Source: an uncultured Desulfobacterales bacterium (lineage in GTDB: Bacteria; Desulfobacterota; Desulfobacteria; Desulfobacterales; CAJINA01). From it: DNA of 64,000 bases. The notes beneath the pieces are model-generated. The model made no database searches. It was not told the DNA's origin and was given only the letters and a program-made list of their open reading frames with translations. The stretch lies in the NCBI GenBank assembly GCA_964647585.1, contig CAZYGG010000002.1:89735-153734 (forward strand), in the 5' to 3' direction. Below, in pieces: positions 38,440-48,107 of this stretch. Made by a program: the position numbers and the translations under genes. How positions within the stretch are numbered: the first letter of the stretch is position 1; each line of letters opens with the position of its first letter.

Positions 38440-39447
38440 ATGAAAGAGATAAGAGACAAAGCGCGGGAATTAATGAAGGGTTTTTGCCGGGTTTGCCCGG
38501 TTTGCGACGGTCGGGTGTGTGCCGGTGAAGTCCCTGGCATGGGGGGGCTTGGCACGGCGGCGTCCTTCAAAGACAATATTGCCGCGCTGGCCGACGTGAA
38601 ATTCAATATGCGCCTGATTCACGGCGTAACCGATCCGTCCACAACGGTCAATTTGCTTGACCATGAGCTGGCCCTGCCGGTTCTGGCAGCCCCCATCGGG
38701 GGTGTTTCGTTCAATATGGGTGGCCAGGTTTCAGAAGAAGACTACATCCAGGCTGTCATTGGCGGGTGCCTCGACAGCGGGTCCCTGGGCTGTACCGGTG
38801 ACGGGGTGCCCGATGTTATTCACGAAGCCGGTTTTGCCGCCATCGAAAATTGCGGCGGTCAGGGGATTCCCTTCATTAAGCCCTGGGAGGATCGGGAGCT
38901 TTATGACAAGCTGGAAAAAGTGGAGAAGACCGGAGCCCGCATGGTCGGAATGGACATCGATGCCGCCGGCCTGGTGACCCTGCGTAAAATGGGCCGGCCG
39001 GTGACCCCCAAGCCGGTGGAGGAACTGGCGAAGATCATCCAGAGCACGTCCCTGAAATTTATCCTCAAGGGGGTCATGACCCCGGGGGAGGCCCGGTTGG
39101 CCATTGAAGCCGGCGCCGATGCGATTGTCGTCTCCAACCACGGGGGGCGGGTCATGGACCACACCCCGGGGGCCGCCCGGGTACTGCCGGCCATAGAGGA
39201 TGCCGTTTATGGGCGCGTGCCCATTCTGGCCGACGGCGGCGTGCGGACCGGCGCAGATGTGTTGAAGCTGATTGCCCTGGGCGCGGACGCGGTGATGATC
39301 GGCCGGCCGATTTCCGTGGCCGCGATGGGCGGAGCGCAAGCGGGTGTGCAAACCTATCTGGAAGATATTCGGACCGAGTTGATTCAAGCCATGGTGATGA
39401 CCGGTACCCGTGATATCAACTCGGTTTCCGGGGATATTCTCTATTAA
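38440..39447 (+). CDS. FMN-dependent alpha-hydroxy-acid oxidising enzyme with an N-terminal Cys4 motif
   Basis: The ATG at 38440 follows GGGAGG. The N-terminus has CRVCPVCDGRVCAG. The TIM-barrel motifs are VVSNHGGRVMD and ADGGVRTGADVLKLIALGAD. Confidence 0.8.
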   Translation: MKEIRDKARELMKGFCRVCPVCDGRVCAGEVPGMGGLGTAASFKDNIAALADVKFNMRLIHGVTDPSTTVNLLDHELALPVLAAPIGGVSFNMGGQVSEEDYIQAVIGGCLDSGSLGCTGDGVPDVIHEAGFAAIENCGGQGIPFIKPWEDRELYDKLEKVEKTGARMVGMDIDAAGLVTLRKMGRPVTPKPVEELAKIIQSTSLKFILKGVMTPGEARLAIEAGADAIVVSNHGGRVMDHTPGAARVLPAIEDAVYGRVPILADGGVRTGADVLKLIALGADAVMIGRPISVAAMGGAQAGVQTYLEDIRTELIQAMVMTGTRDINSVSGDILY

Positions 39448-39645
39448 GGCTGATAGGCTGTAGGTGTTTAGGTTGTAAGGAAAACCTTAAAATGAAGATT
39501 GGATAGAGCTATAAGCTCTTAGTTTCGATTTAAACCGACCACCTCTGGTGGAGGCCCCGGGGAGGTTCGACCGATCAGGTGAGAAGTCATTTCTTTAAGT
39601 TTATAGTGATGGCACGTGTACCATCGAGTTATTTTGCATCATCTT

Positions 39646-39806
39646 GTTACTTTTCTTGTGCGTACAAGAAAAGTAACCAAAAGAAAACGCCCATAAGGCG
39701 CGGCCCTGTGCTTCTCGGAAAGGGCGCGCTCAGCGCAACTCGCTCCGCTCAAACAGCACTTCGCCCCAAGGCTAAGATGGGCGCCCTTTCCTGCGATGCT
39801 CGGCGC
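39646..39806. repeat. Family F structured repeat, copy 2
   Basis: gttacttttcttgtgcgtacaagaaaagtaac...cttctcggaaagggcgcgctcagcgcaactcgctccgctcaaacagcacttcgcc...ccctttcctgcgatgctcggcgc. It is embedded in a 520-bp repeat-filled intergenic region (39448-39967). Confidence 0.85.
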
Positions 39807-39967
39807 CCGACGGTGCTGGACTTCCCGCCTTTTGATTTTTCAAAGGTGGGTCGCGTCTTAAAGGGTACTTAAAACCTTGATCAAAATTAGCCCCTTAAGG
39901 GGCCTGTTGTTTTCAGCCCCGCTTCAGGAGCACCTCTGGACCCCTCGAATCCTTGACCCCTGGAACC

Positions 39968-41722
39968 CTACAAAGTAGAAGTCACAAACGTTTTAGCAAT
40001 ATTGGACGAATAGACGATCACCTGTTTCATCAGGTCCATCAATTCCATGTGGACCTCGTGGGTTTCCAGTGATTCGCAGCGTTCGCACAGCAAGCGCTGA
40101 AGGTGCCGCACCCGGTACTGGGATTCGAGGTCCAGGTACTTGCGTTCCCGCAGTACGATTTCCCTGGCTTTGTCCGAATTCCGCTCCGCGAAGGCTTCCT
40201 GTAAAAGGAAGAGCTGGCTGCAAACCTTTTCGTGGTAAATCATCAGCTCTTCCCGCCCCTCATCCGAAAAATCGTTTTCCAAGGCGTGCTTTTTAGGAAT
40301 CAGGGGGACCATGTTGCGGTGGATGAGATCACCGAGGCTCTCCATGTCCTTGACGATCGAAATCATTCCGTAAATTTCATCGGATTGATTTTGCGTCAGC
40401 GGCTGCTGGCCCACCTTTAACAGGAATGTCTTAATCTCCTGCTGGAGAAAATTGATCTTGCGTTCACGCATTTCGATACCTTCCAGCAGTGAAAGGCTGG
40501 GAAAGAATTCGTCCTGGCGTTCTTCAGCCGAAAAAAACGGAATGATAATTGCCCGCTGCATCCGACCGAGCAGACGGGCGACCCTGGCAATCTCGGCCCG
40601 GGCCAGTTCGATGGCTATGGGCGGGTTGAAAACCTGGCTTTCGTCTAGGTGGTGGGTGGTGAGTTCGAAGGCTGGATCTGACGGCCTTTCCGGCAGCAAT
40701 ACTGAAATGAGACGGTTGAAAAGACCGGTGGCCGGCAGAAACAAAAAGCCGATGCTCACGTTGAATACTGTATGGGCATTGGCAATGTCGCGCGCGGTTC
40801 CCGCGCTGAAACGGGCACCCAGGGTGCGGATCAGGTCGGCAAAGGCGGGGATCCAGAAAATAAAGAGCAGGACCCCGGCAACCTTGAAAAGAACATGGGC
40901 CAGGGCGACCCGCTTGGCCTCCCGGTTGGTGCCGATGCTGGCCAGCCCGGCGGTGATGCAGGTGCCGATGTTGGCGCCGAAGATCATCGGGATACCCGCT
41001 TCCAGGGTGATGAGGTTCTGTTGGGCCAGGACGATCAGGATGCCGGTGAACGCGCTGCTGCTCTGAATCAGCGCGGTCATCAGGGTCCCGACCAGCAGCC
41101 CGAGCAGCGGATTTTCAAGTCCCTTCAGGGTATCGATAAAAGCCGGGTAAGAGCGCAGGGGGCGCATAGTGTCGCTCATCAGCTTCATCCCGTAAAAGAG
41201 GATGCCGAAACCGAGGATGATCTCGCCGATGTCGCGCATGCGTTCGGTTCTGGCGAACATGCGCATGCTCGCGCCGAGAAAGACCATCAGCAACGCGTAA
41301 TCGGTCAGCTTGAAGGCGATCAGCTGGGCGGTGACGGTCGTGCCGATGTCGGCGCCGAGAATGACGCCCAGGCACTGGGTAAAACTCATCAGCCCGGCCT
41401 GCACGAAACTGACCAGCATGACGGTGGTGGCGCTGCTTGACTGGATGACCATGGTGACAAAGGCGCCTACCGTCAGGCCCAGAACCTGGTTGTGGGTCAG
41501 GGCGGCGAGAATCGTGCGCATCTGGTTTCCGGCTGTTTTCTTCAAGCCCGCGCTCATCTTTTCCATTCCGTAGATGAAGAGCGCCAGGCCTCCCAGCAGG
41601 CCGATGATCAGCATTCCCCATGAAATCTCACCAGCCGGCGGCCCGCCCGCGAAAACAAGGTGGGTTGTGCTCACGATCACGGCCACGATCAGGATCACAG
41701 TTTTCATAGCTTTAAACAGCAT
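39968..41722 (-). CDS. Na/Pi cotransporter family protein with a PhoU-like C-terminal domain
   Basis: Has duplicated Na_Pi_cotrans segments (QSSSATT / QSSSAFT) and a C-terminal helical PhoU-like region. Confidence 0.85.
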   Translation of the reverse strand: MLFKAMKTVILIVAVIVSTTHLVFAGGPPAGEISWGMLIIGLLGGLALFIYGMEKMSAGLKKTAGNQMRTILAALTHNQVLGLTVGAFVTMVIQSSSATTVMLVSFVQAGLMSFTQCLGVILGADIGTTVTAQLIAFKLTDYALLMVFLGASMRMFARTERMRDIGEIILGFGILFYGMKLMSDTMRPLRSYPAFIDTLKGLENPLLGLLVGTLMTALIQSSSAFTGILIVLAQQNLITLEAGIPMIFGANIGTCITAGLASIGTNREAKRVALAHVLFKVAGVLLFIFWIPAFADLIRTLGARFSAGTARDIANAHTVFNVSIGFLFLPATGLFNRLISVLLPERPSDPAFELTTHHLDESQVFNPPIAIELARAEIARVARLLGRMQRAIIIPFFSAEERQDEFFPSLSLLEGIEMRERKINFLQQEIKTFLLKVGQQPLTQNQSDEIYGMISIVKDMESLGDLIHRNMVPLIPKKHALENDFSDEGREELMIYHEKVCSQLFLLQEAFAERNSDKAREIVLRERKYLDLESQYRVRHLQRLLCERCESLETHEVHMELMDLMKQVIVYSSNIAKTFVTSTL

Positions 41723-41869
41723 GCAGAATCCTTTCGTGTTGTTGGCAGATCCAAAACTAAAATCCGATTGGCGGATAGGTAAGCACTGAATGGGTCCGGA
41801 CGACGTTGCGGTCGACCGGGTTTGCCCGGTTCCGGATCCCGGGGGCCTGTTGCAGTGGAGCCAGCCGTT

Positions 41870-42241
41870 CTAACGGCCAAGGATATCGACGATTTTAACC
41901 ATTAGAACGGTTTCGAGGTAATTGAGATCCACCGGTTTGGTGATAAAGTCGTCCGCGCCGATCTCCAGGGCCTGGTTACCCAGCGCTTCGTCCGTCACTG
42001 CGGTAATCATTACAACCCCTGTGGCCGGGGCCTTTTTTTTAATCGCTTCAAGGGTCTCGATACCGCTCATGCCGGGCATGATAATGTCCAGCAGAACAAT
42101 ATGCGGGTTTTTAGCCCCGACAAGCGACAGGGCCTCTTTACCGCTTTGGGCGGTGAAGGCCTCGTATCCCTTGATGGAAAGGAACTCCTTGAGGGCCTTG
42201 CAGACTTCAATTTCATCGTCGACGATCAGAACTTTTTCCAT
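41870..42241 (-). CDS. Single-domain response regulator (CheY-like)
   Basis: The ATG at 42241 follows AGGAG. The sequence is MEKVLIVDDE...LLDIIMPGMSG...TKP. Confidence 0.85.
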   Translation of the reverse strand: MEKVLIVDDEIEVCKALKEFLSIKGYEAFTAQSGKEALSLVGAKNPHIVLLDIIMPGMSGIETLEAIKKKAPATGVVMITAVTDEALGNQALEIGADDFITKPVDLNYLETVLMVKIVDILGR

Positions 42242-42275
42242 GGTCTTGCTCCTATAATCCGTGTGCGGGTTATTT

Positions 42276-43439
42276 TCAAGCAGGAATACCGTCACCTACG
42301 GATTCGCCTTTTACGGGCAGGGCAATATAGAATGACGCCCCGGCGACTGCATTGTTTTCCACCCACAGGCGTCCGCCCTGCTCCCGGATAATCCCATATG
42401 AGAGAAAGAGGCCCAGTCCGGTTCCCTTGTCCGATGACTTGGTTGAATAATAGGGATCGAAGACCTTGGTGAGGGCTTCTTTGGCGATACCCGGGCCGTT
42501 ATCGGCAATGCGGATGCGGATATATTTCCCCGGAGTGGGCAGATCGGTTTCGATGGTCAGCTTTTTTTCAGGTCTGCCTGACATGGCCGAAACGGCATTG
42601 GCGATAATGTTCAGGGCAACTTCTTCAAACATTTCCCTGTCCAGGGGAATCAGCGGCAGGTCGTTGGAGAGGCCTATACTGGTGTTAATATTTTTGAAAT
42701 TGAGCTGGGGACCCAGCAGGTGCAGGATATGGTAAATGAGATCATTAATGTCTGTTTTGACTATCGATTTAGAGGGTTTGCGTGAAGATTTGCCCAGGCT
42801 CCTGGTAATATCGACGATGCGTTCCAGCTGTTCCTTGCAGATACCGATGGCCTCCAGGCCGTGTTGCGACAGCTTTTCGGTTATTTTCAAGAGATGCAAC
42901 CGCATGGACACGATATTGGTCGGGTTTAAAATTTCGTGGGCGAGACCGGCAGCCAGTTGCCCTACGGCTGCCAGCTTCTCGGACTGTACGAGCATGTCCC
43001 GGGTGGTTTCGAGGTCCTGCAGCGTGTTCTTGAGGTTCCTTTCAAGATTGAGAACTCTCAAGCCGGTTGCCAGGCGGGCTTTGAGTTCCGGCTGCCTGAA
43101 GGGCTTTCTGAGGAAGTCATCCGCCCCGGATTCAAGGGCGGTGACAATGTCCTCCGAGGCTTCCCGCGCGGTGAGCAGCAGGATATAGACGTATCCCGGC
43201 AGGTCGGCTTTCCGGATAGTCCGGCAGAGCTCAGGGCCATTCATTTCCGGCATTATCCAATCCGTTACCAGTATGGGGAAGAACTGCTTCCGGAAGGCGG
43301 CCACGGCCTGCCTGCCGTTTTTTACGGAGGTAACCTTGTAGCCGATCTGACTGATTAATTTTTCAAGGAAAAGCCTGGAAACTGTGTCGTCTTCCGCAAC
43401 AAGGACAGGGTATCTCGAATAATCGGTGTCAGCTTGCAT
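42276..43439 (-). CDS. Hybrid receiver / histidine kinase
   Basis: The N-terminal receiver has VLVAEDD...TDWIMPEMNG. The H-box is LAHEILNPT and the G-box is GTGLGLFLS. Confidence 0.85.
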   Translation of the reverse strand: MQADTDYSRYPVLVAEDDTVSRLFLEKLISQIGYKVTSVKNGRQAVAAFRKQFFPILVTDWIMPEMNGPELCRTIRKADLPGYVYILLLTAREASEDIVTALESGADDFLRKPFRQPELKARLATGLRVLNLERNLKNTLQDLETTRDMLVQSEKLAAVGQLAAGLAHEILNPTNIVSMRLHLLKITEKLSQHGLEAIGICKEQLERIVDITRSLGKSSRKPSKSIVKTDINDLIYHILHLLGPQLNFKNINTSIGLSNDLPLIPLDREMFEEVALNIIANAVSAMSGRPEKKLTIETDLPTPGKYIRIRIADNGPGIAKEALTKVFDPYYSTKSSDKGTGLGLFLSYGIIREQGGRLWVENNAVAGASFYIALPVKGESVGDGIPA

Positions 43440-43625
43440 AGCGCACCCATACCGGTCAGGTGGTAATGGAAAATTTCCCGTAATTCAGGACTATTAAACC
43501 ATTCCTGTCAGGTCAAGTCAAATCTATTTGAGTGCAGAGCGCCGGGTAACGGCAAGGCCGGTCATGGTTCGCAGGCCCGACGGAATTCAGAGGAAATCCG
43601 TTTTCAAATAGCTTTTAGCATCTCC

Positions 43626-43677
43626 AATAAAAAAGGCACGCAGACAGGCGTTCATTCAACCTGGTCCCCGTGCCTTT
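43626..43677 (-). terminator. Putative terminator of nrdJ
   Basis: On the minus strand, AAAGGCACG...CGTGCCTTT (9-bp stem, long loop) is followed by TTTATT. It begins 44 nt downstream of the nrdJ stop (43721). Confidence 0.5.
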
Positions 43678-43720
43678 AATTGCGTGCGCTCTTTTTAGCG
43701 AAATGTAGTTATGGCCGCGG

Positions 43721-46204
43721 CTAACCGCACTTGGTGAACCCGCAGGAATGGCAGGTCATGCAGCCTTCTTCAAAACTGATGGTCTGACCGCACTCCGGGC
43801 ACTCTTCGCCCATCAGGCCGCCGCCGGCATTGCCTTTTTTGGTCTCTTTGCCATCCAGGTATCGTTTTTGTAGAACCCGGCCGATGGCATCGGGAATGGA
43901 GAGGACCAGGCCGCCTTCCTGGAAGACCGGGTGTTCGCCGCCGATGCCGATAAGCTGTTCAACCACATTTTCGACTTTTACACCGGCCCGGAAGGCCAAA
44001 GAGACCAGTCGTCCGATAGCCTCTGCCTTGGCGGCTGTTGACCGGCCCGATTTACCGATGGTCGCAAAGACCTCGAAAGGGTGCCTGTTGTGTTCGGTCA
44101 CCGTTACATACAGCTGCCCGAGACCGGTTTTCATTTTGGTGGTAAAACCTTCCAGGGTTTCGGGGCGATCGATCACAACGGCTTGCGAATCGACGGCTTT
44201 TGTCTTATCGGAGAACGACAGGACCTGATTTTCCTTGCTGCCGTCCCGGTAAATGGTGACCCCTTTGCAATCCAGTTCGTTGGCAAGGTCGTAAATCCGG
44301 CGGACATCTTCAACGGTCGCATCAGTGGGCAGATTGACTGTCTTGGAGACGGCATTGTCGGTGTATTTCTGAAACGCGGCCTGCATGCGGATGTGCCACT
44401 CGGGTGAGATGTCATGGGCGGTTACATAGATCTGCTTGACATCTTCCGGGATCGCATCAATGTGGGCCAGGCTCCCTTCACCGGCAATTTTATCCATGAG
44501 ATCGTCGCTGTAAAAACCCCTTTCCCGGGCCACTTTTTCAAAATGCGGATTCACTTCCAACAGCCGGTCATTGTCCATGACCGTGCGGACAAAGCTCAGG
44601 GCGAACAGCGGTTCGACACCGCTGGAGCAGTCGCCGATGATGCTCAGCGTGCCGGTGGGTGCGATGGTGGTGGTGGTTGCATTGCGATAGCGGCTTTTTT
44701 TGCGCCGCTTGAAAATACTCTTATTGAAATTTTTGAAAACGCCGCGCTTTTCGGCCAATTCCGCCGAGGCCTGGTGGGAGGTGTCCTGGATGAATTTCAT
44801 CACCTCTTCGGCCAGAGCCAGGGCTGCTTCCGAGTTGTAGGAAATGTTCAATTGGAACAACAGGTCCGCAAACCCCATGACGCCCAGCCCGATTTTACGG
44901 TTGCCCTTGACCATGGTATCGATGGCTTCCAGGGGATACCGGGACTGATCAATGGTGTTATCTAGAAACCGGACCGCCGCCTTTACGGTCGCGCCCAGAC
45001 CCTGGTAATCGATTGCGGGCCGGTCATCAGTCTGCGTGATGAACTTGGACAGGTTGATAGAGCCCAGGTTGCAGGCTTCCATGGGGAGCAGCGGCTGTTC
45101 ACCGCACGGGTTGGTGCTTTCGATCGCGCCTATGGCGGGGGTGGGGTTGTCCCGGTTGAGGCGATCGAGAAAGACGATGCCCGGATCACCGTTTTCCCAG
45201 GCCTGGGTGACCAGGGACAAATACACTTCCGCCGCGTTTAACTGGCCAACCGGGTTGCCGGATTGGGGGTCGATGAGATCGTAGACCTCATTTTGTGACA
45301 CGGCTTCCATGAAGTTTTCGGTCAACCCGACCGAGATATTGAAATTGTTCAATTCGTTATTCTTCTTTTTACAGTAGATGAACTCCATGATATCGGGGTG
45401 GTCCACCCGCAAAATGGCCATGTTCGCCCCGCGCCGGGTGCCGCCCTGTTTGACCTGTTCTGTGGCGGTGTTGAAAATCTTCATGAAGGAAACCGGCCCG
45501 GAGGCGATACCGCCGGTGGTCCCCACCATGCTGTTTTTCGGCCGGAGCCGGGAGAAAGAAAAACCGGTCCCACCACCGGACTTGTGGATGGCGGCGGCAT
45601 TTTTCAGGGAGTCAAAGATACCGTCCATGCTGTCTTCCACCGGAAGTACAAAACAGGCAGCCAACTGACCCAGCTCCCGGCCCGCGTTCATCAGAGTGGG
45701 AGAATTGGGCAGAAACTTGAGATCCGCCATGATGTCATAAAACAGAGTTTCGGCCTGTTTAACATCTTTGGCGGTGCCGTAGTTTTTTTCAGCCTGGGCG
45801 ATATGCCGGGCGACGCGCCGGAACATCTGGGCCGGTTTTTCAGTGACTTTGCCGTCGAGATCCTTTTTCAGGTAGCGCCTGGCCAGGACCGTCTTGGCAT
45901 TGTCGGAAAGGTTCAGGCCATTTCTGATAAAGAGCGACTTTTCAAATTTGACCGGGGCAACCTGCTTGAGGCCCAGTTCCATCAATTTAGCCTTGAGGAC
46001 TTCATCTATCACCGGTAGCGTGATGGTGTTGATTTCCAGGTCATTAATGGCGTCTTTGATAAAACGACTGACATCCAGCGCCTGCTGCTGATTGATCGAA
46101 TTTTCGCTGACCAGCAGGTCTGAAAAAAGCTGGTCGTCCCAGTCGTGCGTCCGCAGATCTATGGGACCGTCTTCCGTTACGAGATATTTGCGCTTTGTGG
46201 CCAT
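43721..46204 (-). CDS. nrdJ: Adenosylcobalamin-dependent (class II) ribonucleotide reductase
   Basis: 827 aa, with NPCGEQPL, TTTIAPTGTLSII and a C-terminal zinc ribbon CPECG...CHSCG. The RBS is GGGAG. Confidence 0.92.
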   Translation of the reverse strand: MATKRKYLVTEDGPIDLRTHDWDDQLFSDLLVSENSINQQQALDVSRFIKDAINDLEINTITLPVIDEVLKAKLMELGLKQVAPVKFEKSLFIRNGLNLSDNAKTVLARRYLKKDLDGKVTEKPAQMFRRVARHIAQAEKNYGTAKDVKQAETLFYDIMADLKFLPNSPTLMNAGRELGQLAACFVLPVEDSMDGIFDSLKNAAAIHKSGGGTGFSFSRLRPKNSMVGTTGGIASGPVSFMKIFNTATEQVKQGGTRRGANMAILRVDHPDIMEFIYCKKKNNELNNFNISVGLTENFMEAVSQNEVYDLIDPQSGNPVGQLNAAEVYLSLVTQAWENGDPGIVFLDRLNRDNPTPAIGAIESTNPCGEQPLLPMEACNLGSINLSKFITQTDDRPAIDYQGLGATVKAAVRFLDNTIDQSRYPLEAIDTMVKGNRKIGLGVMGFADLLFQLNISYNSEAALALAEEVMKFIQDTSHQASAELAEKRGVFKNFNKSIFKRRKKSRYRNATTTTIAPTGTLSIIGDCSSGVEPLFALSFVRTVMDNDRLLEVNPHFEKVARERGFYSDDLMDKIAGEGSLAHIDAIPEDVKQIYVTAHDISPEWHIRMQAAFQKYTDNAVSKTVNLPTDATVEDVRRIYDLANELDCKGVTIYRDGSKENQVLSFSDKTKAVDSQAVVIDRPETLEGFTTKMKTGLGQLYVTVTEHNRHPFEVFATIGKSGRSTAAKAEAIGRLVSLAFRAGVKVENVVEQLIGIGGEHPVFQEGGLVLSIPDAIGRVLQKRYLDGKETKKGNAGGGLMGEECPECGQTISFEEGCMTCHSCGFTKCG

Positions 46205-46227
46205 TACCGACTCCCTGTGTGTAACCA

Positions 46228-46371
46228 GTGCCCGCCCACAAATGGCATCTTTTCGCCCAGAGCGGCGTTTTCGCTATTTTGAGATCCTCAACGTAGCGTT
46301 TACTACGCCTGCGGTCTCAAAATCTCTCAAGCCTTGCTCTAAACCAAAATCTACCATTTGTGGACGGGCAC
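46228..46371 (-). repeat. 144-nt rod-like inverted repeat in the nrdJ 5' leader
   Basis: The outer arms gtgcccgcccacaaatgg and ccatttgtggacgggcac match at 17 of 18 positions. The inner pairings are attttgagatcc / ggtctcaaaat and cgtag / ctacg. The element ends 24 nt upstream of the start codon. Confidence 0.75.
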
Positions 46372-46606
46372 TTATATAAGTTTAAAAAATAAATACCATT
46401 CATCGGCGACAGCTGACAAAAAGGTATAAACAATCCTTCTTGTTGAGCGCTGCTGTTGGTTGCCGGAACTTGTTAGCCCAGGTTGAATGGATACAGCGTA
46501 AGGTGGCAACAGAATGCCAGACGAACCGCCCGGGGAATTCACTAAATGTTCAAGATAGATAGGCGACCGTCGGCTTTAATTTATGCCGCGTATTTGAATC
46601 ATTCTC

Positions 46607-46653
46607 ACACAATATGTGGTATGTCAATCGGAAATTCAGTCAATATCTGGAGT
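46607..46653. promoter_or_regulatory. Tandem NrdR-box-like operators
   Basis: acacaatatgtggtat (46607-46622) matches 13 of 16 positions of acaCwAtATaTwGtgt. agtcaatatctggagt (46638-46653) matches 10 of 16. The centres are 31 bp apart. On the minus strand, box 1 lies between a TTGACA and an AATGAT element. Confidence 0.5.
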
Positions 46654-46802
46654 TTTTGGGTATATGGCTACCAATTCCGTGAAAAGATTATGGATCGAGG
46701 CTGCAAAGATGGATATGTTTTTTTTCGGTGCTGCAAATGCGACGTTTGGGGAACGGTTGTGATGAAAAGTTTTCTCAGCCGGTTTGGGCAAAGCGATCCG
46801 CA

Positions 46803-47129
46803 TCAGCAGTTCAGGATGATATGGCGCTGCTCCTTCACGATGGTTGCAGCCGGGATCATGTATTTCAAGCTGATGCCCACCTCATTTTGCTGCTGCCATT
46901 CAACTTTACCGTCAATCTCAATGGTTTCATCATCGAGAAAGGTGATGGCGCCCTTGATGAATTCTGGCAGCGCAACTGCGGCGCTGTTCAGAAAGCGGAT
47001 GCCGCCTTCACTGATGTCGGTCACGTCAAACTCAGCGCCGCAGGCGGCCAACCGGGGTCTTTTGCCCGGGTTGTAAACAATTCGGATATAGCTTCTTTTT
47101 TCACGTTCCGCGTGACCATCCATATCCAT
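46803..47129 (-). CDS. PilZ domain protein
   Basis: The ATG at 47129 is preceded by GGAGG. The RxxxR motif is in EKRSYIRIV and the DxSxxG motif in DISEGGIRF. Confidence 0.75.
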   Translation of the reverse strand: MDMDGHAEREKRSYIRIVYNPGKRPRLAACGAEFDVTDISEGGIRFLNSAAVALPEFIKGAITFLDDETIEIDGKVEWQQQNEVGISLKYMIPAATIVKEQRHIILNC

Positions 47130-47330
47130 GGCAGTACCTCCACGTTTACTGGGATCGGCCCGGGGGAAGCCTCCTGACCCAATGGCGACTTTCAATGTGT
47201 CGAACACATATATGTTACCTGATTTTCCGAGGGTGTCAAAAAATCAGTTTGAATTTTTTGGGGTGAGCGGTTACTAAATCCCTACGCCATGCGGTATACA
47301 CGCGGCTATGGACCAATACCGGGAGCACCC

Positions 47331-48068
47331 ATGCTTAACCGAGTCATATCCATCGGCATTATTACCTTTATCGGGGTTACCTCCGCCCTGTTTTTTCTGG
47401 TGGCGCTGGTCATCTGGGTCCTGACGGTTTGCTTTGATCGTCGCCTGGTCATTCTGCACATGTTTTCCTCTTTCTGGGCGGTACTTTACCTCTGGCTGGT
47501 GCCGGCCTGGCAGGTATCTGTTTCCGGGCGTGAACGGGTGCGGCGCAAGGTGACCTACATGGTTGTTTCCAATCACCAGTCCCAGCTTGACATTCTGGTT
47601 GCCTTCAGGCTGTTTTTTCCTTTTAAATGGGTTTCCAAGGCCGCTGTTTTCAAGCTTCCGTTTATCGGGTGGAATATGGTATTAAACCGGTATATTAAAA
47701 TAAAACGCGGCCGGAAAGACAGTATTGCACAGATGATGAAAGCGTGTGAAAAGAATCTTGCCGCTGGAAATTCAGTCTTCTTTTTCCCCGAGGGAACCCG
47801 CTCAAAGACCGGTATCGTTAAACCGTTCAAGCACGGCGCTTTCATCCTGGCCAAAAAAATGAAAGTGCCCATATTGCCCATTGTGATAAACGGCACGAAG
47901 AAGGCGCTTCCCAAAAACAGTCTCAATTTTCATGGACGGCATGCCATCCATATCAAGGTGCTTGAAGAGATTCCCGCTGCGCAGTTTGCGTCCCTGCCGG
48001 TGGCGGAAGTGGCCGAAATGGTACGCGGGATTATCAGCGCGCATGTGGATGAACACCAGAAGAACTAA
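47331..48068 (+). CDS. plsC: 1-acyl-sn-glycerol-3-phosphate acyltransferase
   Basis: Has the HX4D motif NHQSQLD and FPEGTRS. The ATG at 47331 follows GGGAG. Confidence 0.85.
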   Translation: MLNRVISIGIITFIGVTSALFFLVALVIWVLTVCFDRRLVILHMFSSFWAVLYLWLVPAWQVSVSGRERVRRKVTYMVVSNHQSQLDILVAFRLFFPFKWVSKAAVFKLPFIGWNMVLNRYIKIKRGRKDSIAQMMKACEKNLAAGNSVFFFPEGTRSKTGIVKPFKHGAFILAKKMKVPILPIVINGTKKALPKNSLNFHGRHAIHIKVLEEIPAAQFASLPVAEVAEMVRGIISAHVDEHQKN

Positions 48069-48107
48069 AAAATCTGAAAATCGGAAGACAATTCAAAAGG
48101 TGATATC

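Noticed and set aside
46380-46600. A cobalamin (B12) riboswitch in the long nrdJ leader.
   Set aside because: Reading the minus strand, I found no B12-box (GCCACTG context) and no AGGGAA/GGTG core elements. Only a fortuitous GCCACC is present.
46546-47076. A 176-aa plus-strand ORF in the nrdJ/PilZ intergenic region.
   Set aside because: It overlaps the well-supported PilZ gene on the opposite strand, starts inside the NrdR-box region, matches no family and has odd composition.
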